This document shows, one piece after another, positions 24,074 to 35,833 of a DNA stretch of 64,000 nucleotides. Location of the stretch: contig BCGN01000007.1 in assembly GCA_001599295.1 (NCBI GenBank), forward strand, positions 508,433 through 572,432, written 5' to 3'. The stretch comes from Sporopachydermia quercuum (taxonomy: Eukaryota). A program made the translations under genes and the position numbers. Every line of letters starts with the position of its first letter. The first letter of the stretch is position 1. A model generated the notes under the pieces. It was not told the origin of the DNA and made no database searches. It saw only the letters and a program-made list of their open reading frames with translations.

Positions 24074-26474
24074 TCAATTCAACTTCTTCTCTAGACTCTC
24101 AAACTGCTTAAGAATAGCACTGGAAGCAGTTCCTCCAGTGGCAGTTCTTCTCTCAACACTCTGTTCGAAATCAAACACTTTAAACACATCCTCTTCAAAT
24201 CTAGCATCAATAGTCTTATACTGTTCAAGAGTCAGCTTATCAATACCTGATAACCTCAACTCTTCTGCAGATCTAACTGCTTCACCAGAAATATGATGAG
24301 TTTCTCTGAATGGGACGCCTTTCCTTACTAAATAGTCGGCCAAATCAGTAGCAAGCATATCCATAGTCAATGCACCTTCCATTCTTTCTCTATCAACTTT
24401 CAAGGTAGAAATAACCCCAGTAGCAATAGCAATCGAATGGTTCAATGTCACCATGTTATCAAACAATGGTTCTTTATCCTCCTGGAGATCCTTGTTATAA
24501 GTAGAAGGAATAGACTTAACAGACATCATGAAACCAGCCAGTTGACCAAAAGCTCTGCCTGATTTACCTCTAAGCAATTCTAATGAATCAGGATTCTTCT
24601 TCTGAGGCATAAGAGATGATCCTGTAGAATAAGCATCAGCAAGCTTAATGAAGCCAAACTCAGCACTTGAATAAAGAATCAAATCTTCGGAGAACCGAGA
24701 AATATGATTCATGGTTAAAGATCCCCAGAACAGTGTTTCAATGACGAAATCTCGATCAGAAACTGCTAGCAATGAATTTCCGATCACTTCGTTAAAGCCG
24801 AGTTCGCTGCTTATGTATTCACGGTCGATACCAAAAGGATGACCAGCCAGGGCTCCTGCACCTAATGGTGATTGGTTCACCCGAGTAATAACCTCATCCA
24901 ATCGTTTCAAATCATTGGTGAAATATGTAGCATACATACTTAGCCAATGACTCCAGCGAATAGGTTGGGCTCTTTGAAGATGGGTATAACCTGGCATGAG
25001 GATATCTATTTCTGTTTTACCTCTGGCGATCAACACTTCGATAAATGAGACCAGTAGTTCTCTGATGATTCTCAGTTGTTCTCTCACGTACAGTCTCATA
25101 TCGGTTACTACTTGATCATTTCTGCTCCTACCGGTGTGAACTTTTCCCGCAATGTTTCTGCCAATTATTTCTCCTAATCTGCGTTCGTTGGCAGTGTGGA
25201 TATCTTCGTCGGCTTCTTGTTCTTCAAAGGTGTTGTTTTCCCATTCGGATTTCACGATTTCCAAACCACGGTGAATTTCTGATAACTCAGCGTCGTTGAG
25301 AAGTCCTAGTTTTTGAAGAGCGGCAGTGTAGACTCTAGTTCCCTCGATGTCAGCAGCGTACATGATTTTGTCGTAAGGCAAGGAAGCATTGTAGAGATTC
25401 ATAAGAGGGTCGGTAGCTCCTTTAGAGGTGTTAGTAAGTGAGGAAAAGCAAGAGGAGAAGGAAAAAGAATGAAGGANAGTAAGAGAGAAAGCGCAAGTGT
25501 TGAATGATGTGATGTTGATATGATGACACTATGAGCAATTCAGCACGGGGTAATTAAAGCATGTGTAGAAATGCTTTTTGTTGATTGATGCAGTTGCGTT
25601 TTCTGGGGTAAAATCAACCGAGTTCATGTTCTAGTACTATCAATGATACATTATGAGATGTCATAGTTTGAAGTAGAAATAGTACCATAAAGGTATTTGG
25701 CTTGAAAAGCAGTTTTTTGTAGAAAAAGTAAATCAGATATGATGTTTTGTTCTGCTGGTTTTATATGGGTATATTATGAAAGTTATTTGTATTTGTTTTG
25801 AGTTCCCTCTTGCTGATATAAGCATTTTGAGCTGTATTGACAATGCTTTGTTCATAGGATATAACCAGCAATGGTCATGATATTTTCCCCGCAGTAAGAG
25901 TTTTCTGTCAACCTGAATTGAATGCATTTATTCTCCGATGATAGTATCAAAGAACGCCCAGTCTCAATTTAATTTCCTCTTATTTCTGGTATTCTAGTTG
26001 TAGATAAGCAATACCTTTTATAGCTTACAAGCATAAGGCATAGCACAGTTCAGTGGTACTAATTATATCACATATTACTATATAATACTAGCAGTTTGCT
26101 GTATTTCTTTTGATTGAATAGTCTGTTTATCAAATACAACACATTGGAAACCTTTCAGCCATTGATATGCAAATTCATCAATTGGCATCTCGATTTTCTA
26201 TTCACAATGCTTATAATCTTCATATGGTAACCCAATGCATTCACCACTGACCTTTTATATCAATCAATCATGATAAACAACTCAATTGCTTTCAAGGTCC
26301 CTCATAACGTCCAAAATTCATATACTCNTATATTCCTCCTCCATATAGCAAGTAATAAAAACATGAAATAAGTAATATCTCTCTATCTTTCAGTCCAACT
26401 CATACTATCATCATATACATACCCGTGAATCTTCCACCCCAAAGCCTCAAAGCCGCTGGTTTTTCTTCAGTCAT
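24074..26474 (-). CDS. ARG4: Argininosuccinate lyase; exons 26474-26423 and 25419-24074 (465 aa), 1003-nt intron
   Basis: Spliced [57 protein letters not shown]. Intron GTATGT..TACTAAC..AAG. Confidence 0.97.
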
Positions 26475-26674
26475 TTTTCCAGGCAACAGTTATTAATTCA
26501 ATCAAGATTTTCCTATTGTGGAATCCGTAAGCCGAAAATATGCGTTTTTAGCAAATTTAGGTCCGTTTATTATCAAAAGATAGCCAACAAATACTTACTA
26601 TATACACAATAGATGACAGTCGCTAATTGTAGGAGAAGCATAAAAATGAAGGAATTTGTAGTGGAAAGCAGATT

Positions 26675-26681
26675 TGAGTCA
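26675..26681. promoter_or_regulatory. Gcn4-type site TGAGTCA upstream of ARG4
   Basis: TTGAGTCAT about 200 nt upstream of the reconstructed ATG (26474), which also supports the distant first exon. Confidence 0.7.
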
Positions 26682-27772
26682 TTTTGAGTGCAGAAGTGAG
26701 ATGTCTTGAGAGTTGCCCCCAGGAGAAACCGAAGAGCNCTNATGTTTTAAGGTTAAGGTTAAATTTGGGTTAGAATATGCAAGAAAGAGATTATTTGAAA
26801 GTTTAATCTGGGAAGTGGGATTGAATTAGAGGAGATGGGATAAGAAAAGGTAAAGAAGGTTCCTACCAGGGTATTTTGAAATTATTAGTGGCTTTACTTC
26901 TTCAATAGACCTGATTGAACTTGGTTTCCTTATTCAGTTGGTGGTAAGTGCAGGAGGAGCTGTAAAGTTCAAAAAATATTAAGGTTGATANTAGACAATA
27001 TCTTCTTAACCTTATTTGGATCTGCTCAGCTCCCGAACTGAACAACGGGGTAAACACTATAAAACTGCAACTTTCTATTTTAGAGTGAATGGCTTTGAAA
27101 GAGCTCTCAGCTGTCTAAATAGATGTGCTAATAGCTTAGATTTGCCATGCAAGATAACTAGAACTATTAAAATATCGTTCAGCAGGCAACTACATCTTTT
27201 ATTCAGTATCTTGCATAAGCAAGGATATGCACTATCTTGAATGTTAATTCTAAGTGTAAACTCTACACCAGATCTTCTTTTCTCCAGTTCTCATAGCTAC
27301 ATGAATCCACCATATTCAAACCCTTGTTTAGAAGTATTTTACAGCTATTTCTAAATTAAATTCTATTCTGTCTCCCTGAGACGTGCTTCTATATCTTCAA
27401 ATAAACTGCTCTCTATCTTCTCTTCATCTTCCAATCAGTAACTTCAAATCTCATTCCGCTAGTCGAAATCTTAACTTTAAATGGGGATACCTAAATTTTA
27501 ACTCGAACCTTAATCAAGCATCCCTCGCTCAATTGTTTTTCTTGCTATCGAACAAGCATCAGTAAACCTATTCAATCTTCAAACAATAATCGATCAAAAA
27601 CTAGCTGAACAGTCTAACATTTCAATTTTCCCAAAGCAAAAGATGCACTCTAACCAAACAAAACAAAACCAGTTTTCCCTTGGTTCCAAGTGTACCTTAC
27701 TTCATTCTTGACTAATCATTCTCCCCTGTTCTGATCACTGATCACTGATCACTGTCCATACAATACAATACA

Positions 27773-28291
27773 ATGACTGAGTCATCTACTCTTGTTCATT
27801 TTGCTAATAAGTCTCTTCTAGCGGATGACGATTTAAAGGTATTTCTTTCATATAATCAACTCGATAGCCAAGAAGCTATCAGTTTTGTCAAAGATGAGAC
27901 AACTGGGGCGGTTGTTTTTTTTGGCGGAACTACCAGAAACTCATTTGGCCACAAGGAAGTAGAAGTGTTAGCTTACGAAGCTCATATCAAACTCGCCTTG
28001 AAGACCCTGGCGACGATAGTTAAAGAAGCTAAGGAAAATTTCACTGATGAGTCAAAACATGAAGCTATTAAGAAAGTATACGTATGCCATCGATTGGGAG
28101 AAGTTCCCGTAAAGGAAGAAAGTATTATAATAGCCTTGAGTTCGAACCATAGGAAAGAAGGATGGAGAGCTGCAGAGTGGATTCTTGAAGAGATAAAGAA
28201 AAGGACTGAGATTTGGAAGCAGGAAAAGTACTCAGATGGGTCGAGTTTTTGGAAAGAGAATGATAATTGTAATGTTTTGAATAAGAAATGA
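27773..28291 (+). CDS. MOCS2: Molybdopterin synthase catalytic subunit (MoaE/MOCS2B/CnxH family)
   Basis: GAVVFFGGTTR, LAYEAH, HRLGEVPV, SSNHR, EIWKQE. Confidence 0.9.
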   Translation: MTESSTLVHFANKSLLADDDLKVFLSYNQLDSQEAISFVKDETTGAVVFFGGTTRNSFGHKEVEVLAYEAHIKLALKTLATIVKEAKENFTDESKHEAIKKVYVCHRLGEVPVKEESIIIALSSNHRKEGWRAAEWILEEIKKRTEIWKQEKYSDGSSFWKENDNCNVLNKK

Positions 28292-29051
28292 GCATAAAGA
28301 ATGATGAGTGTTCTCAGCTCTTCTGCATGGACAGGAGAAAAGGAGTCCCCTAAGGATGAATTGAAACGTTCAATTGATATGTTTGCGTGATAGTGGAAAT
28401 ATGACTATAGAAATGGAAACAGTATAATTTAGATGGTACCGAGAGTCTTCAATAAATGAGTCTATTGAAGAGTCAACAGAAGGTATAATATACCAGTACC
28501 TTTCTACGTATTGGTGGCAGATTTGCAGCTTGGCTGGATCATTCTATAAGAATAAGTTTCCGTGATGTCTTGTTCAATTACTTACACCTAATTGATTCAG
28601 AAGACTGATAAGGACATGGAGATGAGAAGAAAATGTATCTGTGAGTATCTATTTGTAAGGATCTATCTGATGCTCGCTATTGATAATGAAGGGAAGGTTG
28701 ATGGATATAAATAACAGCAGTACCAGTAATGGTTGCAACACCAATCTCTTTTGGTTCTCCGTTTTACCGATTTATACTGTGGATTTATATGTTTTTCAAT
28801 TGCAGCGGAAGTAGTTTGATTAAATTCAATCAGTTCATTATTGGTGGTGGTAGTATTAGTAGGATGGAACCTGGAATATATTGAAATAATTTCCTCACAT
28901 TGTCAACATTATTAGACCATCTGAAGTTATTCTTTCAACTATTTTCCGGTGTTGGAAAAGTTCCAGGTCGTATGAGCAGTTTGTCGTCAATCAGAATGTA
29001 CATTGTTAATTTGGTCTTCCGTTAATTGATTGATCCGATGATTACTACAAC

Positions 29052-29103
29052 ATGATGATAATAATAATAATAATAATAGTAGTAGTAGTAATAGTAATAG
29101 CAA
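29052..29103. repeat. Compound trinucleotide microsatellite (ATG/ATA/GTA)
   Basis: Directly visible between converging 3' ends. Confidence 0.8.
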
Positions 29104-29364
29104 TCATTTGGCATACTATAAAAAATTCTCTTACTTCGTACGTTAAAACAGTCAGTAAAAGCCTCTGCATCCGTGAGATTCTCTCATTTCTTCTTAAAGT
29201 ATAAGTAATAGAAAGTCTCCAAATATTATCATAAAATACACCGCCCATCATATATTTCAGTTTTATTCTATTCTACCATTTTATATCTTTGGCCATTATA
29301 TTTACATACCAATTACATACTAATGGCACACTAAAGATTTGCCTATTCATCTACTCTGCCTCTA

Positions 29365-30979
29365 TTAAGAGAAAAACTTTGCAAACTTCTTCTTCTCACT
29401 CTCTTTCTTCTTTTCTATCAATATTTTCACATTTTCAAGCTCTTTCTTAATCATAACATCCTCAGGCATTAATTCTGCTGCTTTGTTCAAATCTTTAAAC
29501 CCTTCCTCGTATTTCTTCGTTTTAACGTATGAGACACCTCTTCTGAACAATGCCTTCGCTTTTTCTTTACTATCAACGTCCTTATCTCCTATCACATAAG
29601 AACCAGACGTGATAGCTGCTTCATAATCACTCAGCTGCATACCAAGCAAAGCAATATTCAAATGAAGAGACCTCTTCAAATCTCTATACTTCTTGTAGTA
29701 CTCAGGCTCTTGGTCGCTATCAGGCATGTACTCGTTTACATATCTAAGAGCTTTCCTGTATTTGAACAAAGCAGCTGGTTTATCTTTTTGCTTGAATAAG
29801 CTGGTTCCCGCGTTTTTAATCTTAATACTTGCATCATAAACGTTCTTTGACGCCACTTTCTCTTCAATATCAATGTTCTCTTCGTCTTCAGGATAGGTCT
29901 CATAATAGTCATCTTCAACAGGATCATAGATTGATTTGAATAGCTTAATGCCAACTGACTTATCCCAGCTGCCACAGTCTTCTATTCGCACTCTGTTGCT
30001 CGGCAAAGGAATATTTGTCGTTTTATCAGTTTTCACTCTTTCAATTGCTCTGACAATAGACTTCCCATAGACCACCTGGCCAAAGACAGTACTGCTATCA
30101 TCAAGATGAGGTGCCGGAATTAAAGTAATGAAAAACTGGGAAAGGTTTTTATCAATTCCGTTGTTTGCCATGGAAACTAAAAACTTGCTGTTGTGACTTC
30201 TGGTGGACTTTTCATTCTTGAAGTAATTATAACAGTTTGGTGAGTTATCGCCAGTATCGTATATCGATGCCCCACCAGTGCCTAAGCGATCACTTGGGTA
30301 AGGATCAGTGTCGCATACGATATCGCCCGCTTGAATTAGGAACTTTTCAATGACTCTGTGAAAGGAGTTTCCTTTATAGCAAAGATTGACTCCTTGTGAG
30401 TTCTTCCCATTTTCGCCCGTGCATAATTTATAGAAATTAGTAGAAGTAACAGGAACGTCTAAGGGCGTCAGTTAGAATGAAATGAGTTTGAACGAGTTTG
30501 GTGGTTCAGTCACTGGATAGGAAAATAGATAGTGAGAGTAAATTAAAGCTTACCATTGAACTGAAATAAAGGTTAGTTTTTGTTAGATACATTTGGAACT
30601 CGGAGCCTAAGAGGGCAAAGGTTAGAAATTTAGCATAGAGCTATTTCTACTACCCGAATAGAATCCGTGTTCTCATTTCAACGCGATCCAGTACTAACAA
30701 GTAATAGGCAAAAATACATAAGATTCTTTTGAAAGTAACTGTATCTCTTCGGACAAGATACCCCGTCCATCACATCTCAATGACTGGCCTTATGATACAT
30801 TATCAACAGCTAATCAAATTTATTCTACTTTTCCTTACCTTTCCCTACTTCACGACTCCATGTATATTATTGTTACACTTCAAATTCGTCTTTCTGATAC
30901 TTACAAGTTCAATAATAATTCGTCCTTCTAATTCACCATTAATGCTTATATCTAGAAACACTTTCTTTGTCTCCTCCAT
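29365..30979 (-). CDS. CPR7: Cyclophilin-40-type PPIase with TPR domain; exons 30979-30905, 30560-30554 (7 nt), 30458-29365 (391 aa)
   Basis: Spliced VFLDISING..GRIIIEL|FND|VPVTSTNFYKLCTGE...FHRVIEKFLIQAGD...GTGGASIY...SMAN...SQFFIT; TPRs (KYRKALRY, KALFRRG). QAGD and insertions fit Cpr7 better than Cpr6. Confidence 0.85.
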
Positions 30980-31719
30980 TGTTAGTTGTATACCTGAGTA
31001 GCTGCTAAGAGTGAATACGTTGTACTGTAGCAAGTACGCTCTGAAGGGCTCTGAAAGTAGAAAAACACCTTTTATCGAAATCAGTGCCTGTTTTTCATGT
31101 AGTATTCAATTTAATCAGGTAAACATTTCATAAAAAGGAAATAACTGTAGAAACAGCGATGATAAGTAACTCTCTTCTACAAATTTCTTTAATACTATTT
31201 TTTCGCTCAGAGGACGATTTTTCATTTAAGGTTATGGTTTGTCTTAAGGTTTGAACTTTACTGCATTTAAGGTGTATGCAATATTGATAATGTCATTATT
31301 TATTCATCGCAGTACTGAGTGGTAAGACTCATTTCTGTGTGATTTTGCTCTTACTGGTGAGAAATATCTCCCTACTACATAAAATAAATGAATACATTAA
31401 TCATTATTCCATAAAACTAAAGAAACATTGCCCTCTAGCGGTACTAGCTGTCTCGTTATTGCTCTTATTCTGCCAGCACGTTCCCTTCGTTCACCTATTG
31501 TCTCTTCCGGTTTCCCTCCAATAATTTCCGTAATTCCTCAAACTGGAAACTATCCCTAGTCTCGCATACACCCCCTTCCTGTACCTTCTTCCTCTCTCAA
31601 GCAAAAGAAAACCAATCAAACACCTCATCTTTGCGAAGTGTTTCTTCATATAAACTGTTTCAACAAACCATTGGAGTATAGTTTATATCAGCTGAACTCC
31701 ACTTAAACACGACTACATA

Positions 31720-32955
31720 ATGCTCAAAGCTAGTATCTTGCGGTCAAGAACTGTGATCTCTGCCGCTACTGGTAGAACCTCAACCAGTAGCTCAACCAAA
31801 TACATGAGGAGTATCAATAATCAGTTCTACAGAAACCTATCAACAGATGTGGTTAACAGCGCAAGAACAGCTTGTTTGCAGCAACTGCAAACTTCTGATC
31901 ACTCTTCTTACGTTTTGAGCTCGTATATGCCCAAATCAGCTAAAGATGCTTTCATTGCTATCAGAACTTTCAATCTAGAGACAGGCAAGATCAATAATGC
32001 TGGTTCTGGGGGTGGGGGTGGATCTTATTCAGGAGCAGTGAGTCCTGTAATGAAATCTAATCAAGGCGTCAACTCGGTGATGAATGGGATAAAGCCAAGC
32101 GATTTGAAGTTCAAGTATTGGAACGACGTTATTGATAAAGCATTCAAGGTAAGCATTACTGCTACTAATGGTGAGTCCGTTAAAGAGCCTATAGGTATAT
32201 TATTGCAGGACTCTTTAGACAGAGGAGTTGAATTAGAGAAAGATTTTTTTTACAGGGTTTTGCAAACAAGAAAACATTTTCTCGATAATCCCACGTTTAA
32301 ATCTCTCGACGATATCTGTTCGTTTGGTGAAGGTACTTATTCTCAGTTGAATTACCTGGCTCAGAAGGCAGCGTTGTCTGATTCAATCTCCCCATCGTCA
32401 TATCATTTTCTACTTGGAAATCCTAATTTATCAGTTAAGTTATCAGATATCGCTGCTCATATTGGCCAAGGCACAGCTGTGGCTACAATGATTATTGGTT
32501 TCCTTTACTATGCTAAAACCTGGAACCAGATCACTCTACCGGTAGATTTGATGACCAAGCATGACTTATCTCAAGAAACAGCACTGAGATTAGCACAAGG
32601 GTTGATAGAAGATCCGAAACAAATAAAAGAAGCTGAAGAAAAGCTAAAGAATATTGTGTACGAGGCAGCTACCAGAGCGAATGACCATTTGATATTTGCC
32701 AAGCATTTATTGCAGGAGTTCAAGGATGAAACTATCAAAGTGGAAAAAAGAACCTTAGAGGATGGCGAGAAGCCTTTGTTCAAGAAGGGTATCAGCGACG
32801 CAATGTTTGGGCCTTTGATGACAGCGGTTCCAACGCAATTGTATTTGAGAAGGCTGGAGAAATATAATTTCGACTTATTCAATAAGAACCTACAGTTCTC
32901 TGAATGGAGGCTTGTATTCAAGTCTATGTATTGTTTCTGGAAGAAAGAGTTCTAG
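31720..32955 (+). CDS. NDUFAF6: Complex I assembly factor NDUFAF6 (squalene/phytoene synthase fold), intronless
   Basis: Arg/Ser-rich presequence; DHSSYVL...AFIAIRTFNLE, FKYW, GEGTYSQL, HIGQGTAV, TLPVDLM, A..ANDHL, LRRLEKYNFD. Confidence 0.85.
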   Translation: MLKASILRSRTVISAATGRTSTSSSTKYMRSINNQFYRNLSTDVVNSARTACLQQLQTSDHSSYVLSSYMPKSAKDAFIAIRTFNLETGKINNAGSGGGGGSYSGAVSPVMKSNQGVNSVMNGIKPSDLKFKYWNDVIDKAFKVSITATNGESVKEPIGILLQDSLDRGVELEKDFFYRVLQTRKHFLDNPTFKSLDDICSFGEGTYSQLNYLAQKAALSDSISPSSYHFLLGNPNLSVKLSDIAAHIGQGTAVATMIIGFLYYAKTWNQITLPVDLMTKHDLSQETALRLAQGLIEDPKQIKEAEEKLKNIVYEAATRANDHLIFAKHLLQEFKDETIKVEKRTLEDGEKPLFKKGISDAMFGPLMTAVPTQLYLRRLEKYNFDLFNKNLQFSEWRLVFKSMYCFWKKEF

Positions 32956-34088
32956 ATAGCTTGGAATTAATCGAGACAGTTGAAATGAAAGTTCCGTGTT
33001 GTATGTGTACTTGTATATACGTTTTGTGTTTATGTATAATGCTTATGATCTTCAATATGAACATTATAATAGAAGTGTTGATGATAGAAAGTCGTAGACG
33101 TTAAAGTGAAGAGTGAATACCATATGATGAACGTTATATGTTCAAAATAACGTTTGAGAACTTGCATGAAAATGTGCATGATATGTCGAAGTTTAAAGGT
33201 TATTCCGATAGGTGGATCAGATGTGCTACTTCATTAAATATGTACTGATTATGTAGACTGACATGTGGAGATAAATTGTCCTTATCTGAGAGAAGTCTTT
33301 TAAACGTTTACTTAAATGGATTTTTTCTATTGGTGGTGGTGGTGGTAGTGGTAGTGTAAAATCGGCCCTTTAAGCTGTTTGGCATCGTTTCTTAAGTGAA
33401 ATGTAGTAAGGAGTAATAAGGTCTTTGCAATACCTGATTTGATTGAAGTTGTAATTTCCTGAACCAAACTCAGCGACAGAGTTTNGAGAATATAGGCAGT
33501 TGGAGTCTATAAAGTGTATCACAGTTCTCCTTCCAAGAAATATTATCTGTGAGTAATTATCAACGTTCTTAATACCATAGTGGGCTGCACTCACTGAATT
33601 AAGGTAATTCAATTTCAAAACTTATTCTACAGCTGCATTAATTTTGAAGTTTAATATAACATCAACCTAGGCCAATCTTAGAATAAAACATATTCATATT
33701 CTCCTTCAGCAAACCCAGCTTTCCTCATAATGACTCGTACAGAATCAGATCACTACTACTATCCATTTAGTAAATCTTTCCTCTTTCCTTGATCCCAATT
33801 AACTATTTTCTCACCTTTCTTCCAATCTGTTGACTATATCACGTGTATTCACTTCTCAATCAAAGTTCAAACTCTTTTCCATTCCTGCATATAACCGAAA
33901 CCTTATTTGACTTCACAAAAATTTCACTACAATCTTCCAGATTCACGATGATTCCTGCTTTCAACTCCTACAATTTCTTATCTTAGTGTTCATACAACTG
34001 TGCTTTACTAGCTGGTACTTTTGTTTGAATTCATTACAGCTCTTGCATTATTCCTGTTGTAGAACTCAGCTGCTCCGGCATTAGAATC

Positions 34089-35662
34089 ATGTTCAGCAAG
34101 TTACTAAAACCATGTTCTACTGTGTCCCATCATCATGGTATACCAATAGCTATTGGTAGATCTATTCATAATATCAGCAGATTCAATGGTGCTCCTTCAG
34201 AAATAACCAAACGGTCGTCATCTATCAAAGACTTTGAAACTCTCTCAATAAACTTGGCTGTAAAACGTTTCAAGACCACCAAGTCAAAGAAGAGTACAAG
34301 AACCTCAGCTGCCGTTTCTAACAATGACAATAAAGAGAACCCAGCTATTCAGAAAGCAAGAGAGCATTGTCAAGAACTTGTAAGGAGGAACGATGCAAGT
34401 GTTGAAATCTACAATGGCTCTAAATCCTTTCCTGAATCCTGTAGAGATGCTTTATTAGCTATCAGAGCATTCATGTATGAATTAGATGAACCAAAGAAAC
34501 TGCCGAATGGCAATCAGATTACTACTGGCAGGGAGAAATTGAACTATTGGGCATATTTGTTCAAGAAAGCATTTGACATGAAAAGAGAGTATACAGGCTC
34601 GGAGCCTGTTGGAATATTGATCAATAGTGCATTAAGGAATGGTGTGAATTTGAATTTAGAGCATTTCCAAGCGTTTGTTCAAGGATCTGTAAGTATTGTT
34701 GTATTACAGTGCGAGAAGTTAGGAGGATGGCAGGCAATTAACGATGGTTAATGATGGTAATGATGGTAATTACTACGGAAAATGTTTTGATTGATTTTAG
34801 TATTTTCAGCTATATGCCTGCTTTTCCTGCGTTTTATTACCTTCTGCTGGTTCCGCGTATCGTATGATATCGCGTTCTATCTATCACTGCTGGCTGTTTC
34901 CTACCTTAACTACCTCAATAATCCCACCCATAGTACTAACTCATTTAGAACCAATCAATCCAAGTCCTCACCCTTGAAGATGTATTCAAATCTGGCCAAC
35001 AAACATTTGCCAAGAGAATTCTCCTGGGGCAAATAGCTTGCTCTTCTCCCAATTTCTTCCCTAGTACTTCACAGCTTTTAAACAAGAATCCTAACATATC
35101 CCAAAACCTAGAAAAGGTAGGATTTCTGCTAGCTGATGCTGCCTGTCTGCTTCATAGAATGGTCATCTTTTCCCATGGTATTAAATCGTTTAATAAGATA
35201 TCTATTCCTCTCAAATCGTTAGAAGAAAGATATTTACTACCAGAAGATCTACTTGCGTATGTTAATGGTGAAATGGAACACGATGCACCTCATAAAGCTG
35301 ACGTTGAAAAGAAACTGGAAAGAGTTGGTGAGGATCTCGGAAAAATCATTAGTGACAAACTGTGGGAAGCCAGAGAAAAGTTGCAAGAGGTGAGACTGGA
35401 ATCTGAGGCATACATCAACTCTTTGGAGGGGGAAGAGCTTCAAAAGTATATTGGATCAGCAAACAGTGAGAAATTCAAAAGGGGGATCAGTTATCCAATG
35501 ATGGTACCATTAATAGACGGAGTGGAGATTGCTGATAAGTTGAAGAAGTTTCAGAAATCTCAGTATGATTTGTTATCTAACAAATGGCATAAAGGAGGTG
35601 CATTCTCAAGCATTACTTTTTCATTCAAATCAATGAACTGTGTGAGAAAAAGGTCGTTTTGA
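34089..35662 (+). CDS. Diverged NDUFAF6-like paralog; exons 34089-34688 and 34949-35662 (437 aa)
   Basis: Intron 34689-34948 (GTAAGT..TACTAAC..TAG) joins the 220-aa and 167-aa track ORFs in frame; collinear similarity to the neighbour (ALLAIRAF, LNYW..F.KAF, EPVGILI, NPNIS, KISIP, KFQKSQYDL, FKSMNCVRKRSF). Confidence 0.85.
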
Positions 35663-35788
35663 AGTAAATGATGAAATTAAACGGGCTTTTGTGTAAGGGG
35701 CTTACTGAATATATCAGAACCTGAAGGTTGTGTGCAGCATTTGAGCACTTTGGTTCTTGTTCTCCCAGCTTTAGGCAGAGCGGGCAGT

Positions 35789-35833
35789 AGTAGCTGTGTC
35801 TGAGTAGCTGTGTCTGAGTAGCTGTGTCTGAGT
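35789..35833. repeat. 14-bp tandem repeat AGTAGCTGTGTCTG x3.2
   Basis: Three perfect copies. Confidence 0.9.

Noticed and set aside
27097..27109. 13-nt complement to an 18S rRNA segment as I recall it (GAAAGAGCTCTCA)
   Set aside because: No adjacent D box or C box; probably chance.
14899..28291. Nitrogen-metabolism gene cluster (Amt, ARG4, MOCS2B)
   Set aside because: Unrelated genes intervene, and ARG4's position is explained by conserved synteny.
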